A stretch of DNA of 57,801 bases, filler included, from Dugesia japonica (taxonomy: Eukaryota): assembly GCA_001938525.1 (NCBI GenBank). It is 5 parts of 5 records of this genome, joined end to end, with 100 filler letters (N's around TTAATTAATTAA, not from the genome) between each part and the next. Parts side by side here need not be neighbours in the genome. Positions count along the whole stretch, not along the records: positions 47,856 to 57,801 come from MQRL01432068.1; 4 more parts are not named here. The stretch is one strand, 5' to 3'. The notes beneath the pieces are model-generated. The model made no database searches, was not told where the DNA came from, and saw only the letters and a program-made list of their open reading frames with translations. Of the stretch, positions 49,120 to 57,801 are shown piece by piece. Position numbers and translations under genes: made by a program. Numbering within the stretch: position 1 is the first letter of the stretch; every line of letters starts with the position of its first letter.

Positions 49120-51560
49120 TACAAACTTTCATTTTCTTATTATGGAAATTGATAACAACATTGAAGACATTCAATTTAAACTATTAAAAACATATAAGAA
49201 CAACAAGAATAACAATAAAAAGTGTAATGAAAATCAGATTATTAAAGAAATTATAAATTTAAAATCAATTATCATTACACTAACAGATAAAAAAACTAAT
49301 TGGTAGCTCTTTCTGAACAAACATACAATGAATATTTTTCTGAACATTTAAATAATTATGAAACAGAACCTCACAAAACCAACTACAGAAGAAATAAGAT
49401 TCAATAAACAACTAATTCAAATAGCAGAAAAATATGAAGACCCAGTAAAATCTTTACTTTTAAAAGTCAAATGTCATGAGCCAGTTTTATTCTCAATGTA
49501 TTGTGTTCCGAAAGTCCACAAAACTACAATGAAAGAAAAATCTATGATCATCGCTTCTGATACTCCTTCAATTGCATTATGCAAATTTTTGGCAGATATA
49601 TTAAAATCACTATTACGTTTCATTCCGACACATTTAGAGAATAGTTACGAATTTATCGAACGAATTAAAAATTATGACCGGAAGAGTGATGATAAATTTG
49701 GATTGTAAGATAGTTTTTGAAAGCAATTTTAAATTTTTTATATATCGAGACGAAATTATTAAAATTATTTTGTTAAATATTTTTAATTAAATCATAAAAG
49801 AAATTTGTGAAATAAACATAGCATTTTATGTATTTAAATGTTCACGAACAACTCAACTTTCAATTTATTTATTGTAGTAAATTTTAAAATAAATTATTTA
49901 AATATATTATTTTGTAATTTTATTTAATCAAAATATTTCAAGAATAGGAATTTTTAAATTTATAATTTGTTGATAACTTTAAAAATTTGTAATTTACAGT
50001 GTATATTTAAAAGTTATAATTCGTAGTCATAAATAATATAAATGCTCGAAATTATTAAATTTTTGATATAAATTTAATTTACTTTAAAACATTTTGTTAT
50101 GGTATTTTGAAATTTTATTTAAAATATATTTTGATAAACTAATTTTTTTATTTTAAATTCTTGGTTAAAAAATTTTTAAATTTGTTTGAAAAGACAAATT
50201 TATATATGGTGTTTTTGTTTTGTCTTGAATAAATATTGGAAAGATAAATCTATATAGATCAATTTTAATTGAAGGATCTGAAAATGTCATTGATATTATA
50301 AATGACTTCTTTGAAAGATACAAAGAACACACAGATATTCCAGAGATCACCAAAAATGATTTCAAATGTTTTATTAATTTGTGTTTCTTCTCTGATAGCA
50401 TTTTTTAGGTGAAGAACTTTTTAAATAAAAAGATCGTCTCGCAATGGGTAACAATGTATCTTCAATTCTAGTGATAATTTTTATGAACTTCATTGAAAAT
50501 CAAATAATTCTTAAATCAGACAAGAAAATTTATGTATGGTTTAGATACATCAACGATGATATTTTCTTTGTAACTAATTCTCTTTTAGAGAAAATTTTAG
50601 AGTTAGCCAATAGTATAAATGATAATATTAAATTCACTTTAGAGAAATAAATTGACTTTCAGATTTCTTTTTTGACACTTTAGTCCAAACGAAACCTGGT
50701 GAAATATTAAGTACCCAATTGTATATGAAACCATTTCACAGTATACATATATTACCTTGAAGTAGTAATACTACCATCAGTCAGAAAATTGGTAGAATTA
50801 AAGGTGAAAGAATTCGAGTTGATAGACTATATTCAAATGAAGAAATAAAATTGATTTCTCTCAAGTTGAAAAAAATGAATTTTTAAATAACGGCTGCCCA
50901 AATAAAGTTATATCAAAATATTTATCTTTGAATAAAAAATATAATAAAATCAAACCAAAAACAAACACAGTTATTAAATTACCTTTTATTAATGTAAACA
51001 TGTATGTAGTCAAATCATGAAAAATATAATAAAGAATTCTAAACTAAAACACAATCCAAGAATTATACTCAAAACACAAACACCTTTGNGCATCCAATTA
51101 CAGAAACCAAGACAAAATTTTTGTGGTCCCAAATGCATTTGTGATGGTAGAAATATATGCAATAAGAAAAAATTCACTTATAAAATAACATGCACCATTA
51201 GTAAATAATCATATATAGGTGAAACAGGCAGAATCTTCCGAACATCTAAAACAAAAAGAAAGTGAAGTCTTCAAACGCTTTCAACACAAACATAAAATTT
51301 CACAAGAACAACAGCACATTACATGGAAAACACTAGGAACAGCCTATTCACAGGAAAAAACGTGAAGAATTACAAATTTAACAAGACAATTCTAAAATCA
51401 ATGTAATTAATAATAATTAAATAATTAAAATTTAAAAAAATTAAAATTCAGTAAAATAAATTAATTCAAAAATAAATTTGATCGAAGTTGTTTTTAATGA
51501 AATTTCAAAAAACAATCAATGGTTACATCGAACAATTATTCTCGCCATAATTGTAATTAA
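49120..51560 (+). mobile_element. Penelope-like element family 2 (RT + GIY-YIG) with an AT-rich insertion at about 49710-50230
   Basis: MYCVPKVHK, HLENSYEFI, MGNNVSS...WFRYINDDIF, YIGETGR; colinear with 36810-37804. Confidence 0.9.
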
Positions 51561-53419
51561 AAAAATAATGGTAACAGAAAAATTATTTCATGAATTCCGT
51601 TTTCATACCCACTGTCAACTTGTGTTGTGAATCTAAAGACAAAACACCAATAAAACAACGATTAGTAGGCTAACCAATGCCAACCTCTTTAAACTGTGAT
51701 ACTCAAATATAAACACTAAACGAAATCATTTATATAGATGTGCTTGTGTGTATAATTTCACCATTTATCATGGATTTAGAACATCAAAAAATAAATGCTT
51801 TTTTATAAAAGAACCGCTTATTGATTAGATCAGTTTCTTTCCGGATTGATTAGAAATTATTTGGGAATAAACAATAATAAATTTAGGTAAATTGATTTTT
51901 TCTTCCAGGGAGCAATTAATTCTCAGTAAAAATAAATTCGTTACCCGCAATATATTCGTATTTATTATGTTATCATTTTGTGGTGATATTATGTTATTTA
52001 TTGGTATGAATAATGAAAGCATTGTGGTAATGTTGTCAGAATATTTCATTTAAAAATGAACTTTTCGTCATGGTTTTTTTTTTAATTTATGATTTCCTAA
52101 ACTTTTTACGATATTTTATTATATCGATATTTTTTTAGAAAATATTCATTTAAAACATTTTTTTTATAAAATTAAAATTCGAAAAAATAAAATTATTTTA
52201 CCATAACAAATAAATAGAAATTCTGAGTTTTCTTTATCTAGTGATTTATAAAATTTAAATAATGTATTCAAATGTAACCATAACAATGATATCATTATTA
52301 GACAATACTATTTGCAGAGATAGTATTTTAGTAAAATTGTTAGAAATAATAATTTATGTCTCTTTTTATGAAATAAAATATCGCATTAATGTTATAGTAA
52401 AAAGTTAAAATCTAATTATAAGTACAAAGAGGAAAATATTCCATATGCATAATAACCGTAAAGTAGAAAATGTGGTGAATTAATAAAATAACGGAATAAA
52501 AAATTTTATTGAAAAAATAAAATGTTCTTGAAAGCAAAAGATCAAAATTGTTGTTATTCTGTTTTCAATAATTCCGCTATGCTTTCTTCAAGAACTATTG
52601 TTCAGTAAATTCTGATTATAAACTTTGAATTAACAACTAAAATTAAATTAATCTGATTAGATTTAATTTTCATTGGTTGTTAATTATAATTTTAAATTTA
52701 TTGAAAATAATCTCGGTTAATTGTTTGCCAACATTAAAATAAATCTTTTTTATTTTAGAAAAATTCTAACCATTGATCTAACCATTTTTATTTAGTTATT
52801 TTACAGATCAATGATTAGAATTTTTAAAAAAAAGATTTTTTTGTTGATCTTTTGCTTTAAAAAGCATTCTTTATTCAGTTAAAAATATTTAATTAATAAT
52901 GATATAAACTGATAATTTAAACANNNNNNNNNNNNNNNNNNNNNNNNNNNNNNNNNNNNNNNNNNNNNNNNNNNNNNNGGCTCTAAATTTATTATTTGAT
53001 AAATTTTACTTCATCAATATTTTCCTTTTTGAATAATTATTGATATTTTCTTTCAGGTTTTTTAATTTATTAATTAAATTTCATTATTTTACAATTACAA
53101 TTATTGCGAGAATAATTGTTGGACAAAATCATTAATCGCATTTGAGATTTCATTAAATTAGGGTAAAATCAACTATTTATCCTGAAGCCTTTGCTATTTT
53201 ACCATTCTTTAAATCCCAAGGCCATGAATGGACTTTATAATATTATTATTATATTATTATTATAAATATTATAAATAAATATATTATTATAAAAATTATT
53301 GATATAATAAAATAAAATATAATAAAGTTATATATTAATAATATGAAATATAATATCATAAATGATATACTAATAATAATAATAACAAAATTTTTTATGG
53401 GGCTATTTGAACGGGTCAC

Positions 53420-54900
53420 TCACTGACGAATATCTTTCTTGTCCTTTTTCCAATGCATACTAGATGAGCAGTCCAAGGAGAATTATACTTTCTAATAATG
53501 CCATTCTCGAATAAATTTTGAATCACCTACTCAATTTCTTTTTTCAGCTGAAACGGCATTTTATATGGTTTCACATTGATGGATTCTCGTTTTGTTACAA
53601 TTCTATGTTTTACTAAATGAATCTGTCTTACTTGATACATGGAAACATAAAACGTTTTCCAGATTTTGACATATTTCTTTTTTTTCTTTCTCTTTTGACA
53701 TACCGATCATGTGTAATGCTATTTCCTATCTTTTATCTTCCTCTATTTTACAAAATTTGGACTTTATATTATCCATTATTTCTTTTCATCCTGTTTTTCC
53801 ATTGCTTTATTACCCGCTAAAGCTGAAATTCAAAAATATTTTGAAAATTTATTCCCTTGATAATATCTGGAAATACATTTTCAACTACCACAAATTCCAC
53901 TTCCATGATCATTTCTATTAACTGTACTTTTAAAGTATTTTATCCGTTGTTTCCAACGAACTACCATTTGTACAACATAAGTTATTCTCACCAGATTACG
54001 GCCGAATTCCCGACCACTTACTCAAACATTTATCATTTACCACGTTAATATGAACTCCCATATATTACAATCCACTTCCTTAATTTGGGGGCAAACTGTT
54101 ACACTTGACCTGTCTTTCGGCCAGTCAAAAAAATTTCACCTGTTTTTTTATTTTTATGAATATTCTCACCAATTCTACTTCATAAGCCTCTTGAAACTTC
54201 AGAAACCGATACACTTTCTCAAACACTTTCTCTTTGCTTTCCTATTTATCTGCGCCTTAAAGATATTCTCTATCTGCCAACATTATTGAGCAGCTTTATC
54301 AATTTCCCTCTTGTTGAAGTCTCTATTTGGGTATAATGTCTTCCATCCTGTTTCCTCAATCTTAACATTTTTCTGTTCATTCACTTCTTCCGCTAGCATA
54401 GTATTGAAATTAATTGTATCAATTTCTATGCTCTTTTCCCGCTCCGTTCCTTTTGCTCACTTGGTCTCATTTTCCATTCTCAAGATAATACTTTGCTCTG
54501 TCTCAATCTATCACATCGAAAACAATTCAATTTTGTACAGCTGCGTCTCAAATGGCCTGACTCACCACACGCAGCATATGTCCCTTACTTTCTTACTGAA
54601 AAACTTTTACGTAATCGTCTCTTTATATGACACTCCCAGCACTCTTTTGTCTCACCTCTGGATATTTTTTGGACAAACATATCAATCTCCATACTTTTAC
54701 TCTTGAATGTTACCAATTTCTTAATTTTTTTAATGTCTTTTTTTCTTTTTGGAATGGTAAACGTAATTTTACCTGAAAATCCGAGACTTTATCCGCAGTA
54801 TTTAAATATTTCTCGATTAAATTAACTTCCCAAAAACTTGAAAACAGTTTTTCTAATTCTTTTTGGTTGCTGATTCCTCAGGATCCAAAATATAATTCAC
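53420..54900 (-). mobile_element. Gypsy family C remnant (gag knuckles to RT start)
   Basis: CGESGHLRRSC...CFRC; KPYKMPFQLKKEIE*VIQNLFENGIIRKYNSPW. Confidence 0.75.
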
Positions 54901-56804
54901 GTTTTTTATGAATAACTTTCACAGATAAATGTATTTCCGCTTTAGCCTTTTGGTATTGAGGCTAAATTTATTGTTTTCAGAGCTATCCACACAAGAAGCC
55001 ACTCCAACCGGTTCTCAAAAAATTTTTATTATAGATTTTAAAGCTTCAATTATTATATTTAAAACCCAGTGGTGTATGTTTCTCTATTTGTTTGTGTGTG
55101 ATGCTCAAAATTTAAAATCTTAAACCTCAACACTAATGATACAAATTTGTATTTATTTTATTGAAAATTTATGAAAGATTAAAAACTTCTAAAAGTTTGA
55201 AAGATTTAATGAAAATAATTCAGAAAATGACCAAGAAAAGTATATAAAAATGGTAAAACTTCAATTATGACAATTTTTTAAAATTTTAATAAAAATTTTA
55301 AAACTTTCAATGAAATATATATATTAAAACTCCAGTGGTGTAGGTTTGTTTGTGCGTGATTTCCCAAATTTTAGATTAAAGCAAAAAGACAAAAACATGC
55401 AAAGTAAAGACGACCAGACAACTTCCTGGAGTAAATGATGTGCCAAAAAATGCTGGTGGTTGGTTGGAAAATCAAGGTTGACATGAGGTTCATTGGTAAA
55501 CAGGAATAAAGAATGCAGTCAGAAGGCACTGATATCAAGTAAAATAAGATGTCTTGAGCAAGTCCTGAGCAAACAAACGAATAAGACAAAAATAAGGTGC
55601 TTAAAAGGTGGTAAGTTGTTGCGAACTTTTTTAGTAGACTTCCATTTGCATGGCACATTGGCGGTAAGTATTGTGATGATCGGTAGCATGAAATTATTTA
55701 AGTAGAGATTTGATTAATTAAAAATATTATTTGTTTCAATAAAGATAGGTTTATGTAGAATAAATAATTACTAAAAATAGTAATAAATTAAATATAAATA
55801 AATAATCATTAAAATAATTTACTAAAATATAAAAATATTATCTTAAGTTTGTTATTTTAAAATTATTTTAAGTAATTGTAAAGTTACTCAAATAGTAACC
55901 TGGTTTTTTTCAAATATTATCTTTAAGTAAAGGTAGGAAGCACCTACTATAGTTTAAATTGATATATAAGTAAACGCAAGATTGAGCATCTTGCACCAAT
56001 TAATAATTTTTTAAAGGTGCATTGGAATTTTTTTAAGACGATATTATCGACTAATTATGTTGAAATCACAGACACGCATAAAAACAAAACATACACACGC
56101 ATAACATAATAAGAAACATAACACACAATAATCAGATCCTCAACAATCAATCCTCAAAGTTTCATCAATCAGTCCTCAACGCACCCAGATCTAGAACAAT
56201 CAAGCGCTATAATTTGGATTGAGCTAGACATTTAATTCGTTATCGTTATAATTGATATTTGAACCTTTTATTATACGAACATTGTTATTTAAACATTTTT
56301 ATATAATTTCAAGTTTTTGATTTTATAATTTTTATTAATAAGTCTATTTGTAGTTAGTATTATTGATTTTTATTTCAGTGTATGTTGACAATATTTTAAT
56401 ATTGAAAAACCACGATTGATTTTATTTCTCTGTAAATATTAAGAAAAAGAAAAAGTGATTAATAATAAGTAATCTTGAAAATCACGATTGATTTTATTTC
56501 TCTGAAAAAACAATTTATTTCTATAAATATTTTTATTTATTTTAAAGTGCTTTATATTTGCATGAGAGTGAAATCAGTAGAAATTCACTCAATTTTTCAT
56601 AGTTTTTCAAATACCATCCAACCTCTCTGGGTGGCACCGCTAATTTGATGTTGAGATACTTTGGGGGATTTCGTCAAGATAAGTCAACAATGCGTTAGAT
56701 TAAATATTAATCAAAATAATCCCAATATACTATAGTTTATATTTGATTCTATATGCCTTAATATATTTAATATAAATACAATGATATCGATTATATATAT
56801 AAAT

Positions 56805-57801
56805 ATCCTTTGAATGGTCTGGCCAGTTTGTTTGTTAAACCTGTTTTTTGAATTTGGAGTCTTTATTCGCACTTTATCTCCAACTTTAAATTGATGTGGT
56901 TTCTCACTTTTGTCATAGTAATCTTTGTATTGTTGTTGTTTGAATTTTATTCTCAATCCAGCTTGTTTATACACTTCCTGTAATCTTTCCTGCATTTTCG
57001 TGACATAATCCGATTGTCCATGTGTTGTGATACAATAGGCTCGAATGTAACATTTATCGTATTGTGATTTTCTCTCAGGTACATTAAGTAGAATGGTGAA
57101 TATCCAGTTGCTTCGTTTTCTCTTGTATTATGAGCAAATAATGCTGGTTTAATAAATAAATCCCAATAACTTTGATTTTTGTTGACAAATACTGATAGTC
57201 TGTTACATAGTGTACTATTAAATCTTTTCACAAGACCGTCTGTCTGTGGGTGGTATGCTGAAGTATTTATTTTTTGAATATTAAACATTTCATTGACTCT
57301 TTTAACTGTTTCACTTAAGAAATTTCTACCTCGGTCTGATAATAATTTTTTGGGTGCTCCATATTTAAAAATAATTCTTTCTACAAACAACTTTGCAACT
57401 GTTTCCGCTGATTCATCTTTGGTGAGAAATGCTTCGACCCACTTCGTAAAATAATCGCTAAATACCCAAATATGTTTATTACCTTTTATTGTAGTTGATA
57501 ATTTGCTTAGGAAATCCATAGCACATATCTCCATTGGTGAACTAAGTATTGACATTGGATGGAGTGGTACTTTTGTTTATGTTCCAGTGTTCTTTCTGGT
57601 TGCACATATTGAACAAGCTTTTGCACCATTGTTTTACATCTTCTTGTAAGTTTTGTCAATAATATTTTTGTAAAATTCTAGATGCTGTTTTTCTACTTGA
57701 CAAGTGTCCGCCAAGAGCACTATAATGATATTGAAGAAGTAACATCTGCTTTAATGAATCAGGGACAACCCATAAATATTTTCCCATATTGTCATATACA
57801 A
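56805..57801 (-). mobile_element. Second Gypsy family A integrase copy, truncated at the GPY/F region
   Basis: Colinear with 28528..29658 (DYFTKWVEAF, SDRGRNF, YHPQTDGLVKRFN, FKVGDKVRIKTP). Confidence 0.93.

Noticed and set aside
52575-52612. Possible third hammerhead (minus strand UUGAAGA...GGAA)
   Set aside because: Both core boxes are altered and stem II is only 2-3 bp.
53617-54706. Several hydrophobic plus-strand ORFs
   Set aside because: Antisense shadows of the A-rich Gypsy family C coding strand; the same applies to plus-strand ORFs over 28194-36520.

Overview
AT-rich invertebrate animal DNA. It is not one locus: four artificial N-TTAATTAATTAA-N linkers join five pieces (1-17832, 17933-27046, 27147-37804, 37905-47755, 47856-57801). 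Most of the window is decayed mobile DNA. Piece 1 carries a degraded Maverick/Polinton (packaging ATPase, rve integrase, minor and major capsid, core-like protein, pPolB, ...CTACT terminus). That element also holds a two-repeat TATA-binding-protein (TBP)-like gene missed by the ORF track, and a second, divergent TBP-like copy lies in piece 2 among orphan coiled-coil ORFs and the same Maverick repeats. Piece 3 has a Ty3/Gypsy element of unusual layout: a chuvirus-like class III glycoprotein directly upstream of PR-RT-RH-INT, and a signal peptide-FN3-stalk-TM protein continuing from the integrase frame. Other content: two more Gypsy families, two Penelope families with hammerhead-like motifs, an R2/NeSL-type element and mariner scraps. 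Host genes: an intact DMSR/myosuppressin-type GPCR, a universal stress protein last exon and one unidentified last exon. All assignments are by eye from manual translation and motif recognition; no searches were run, and pseudogene boundaries are approximate.
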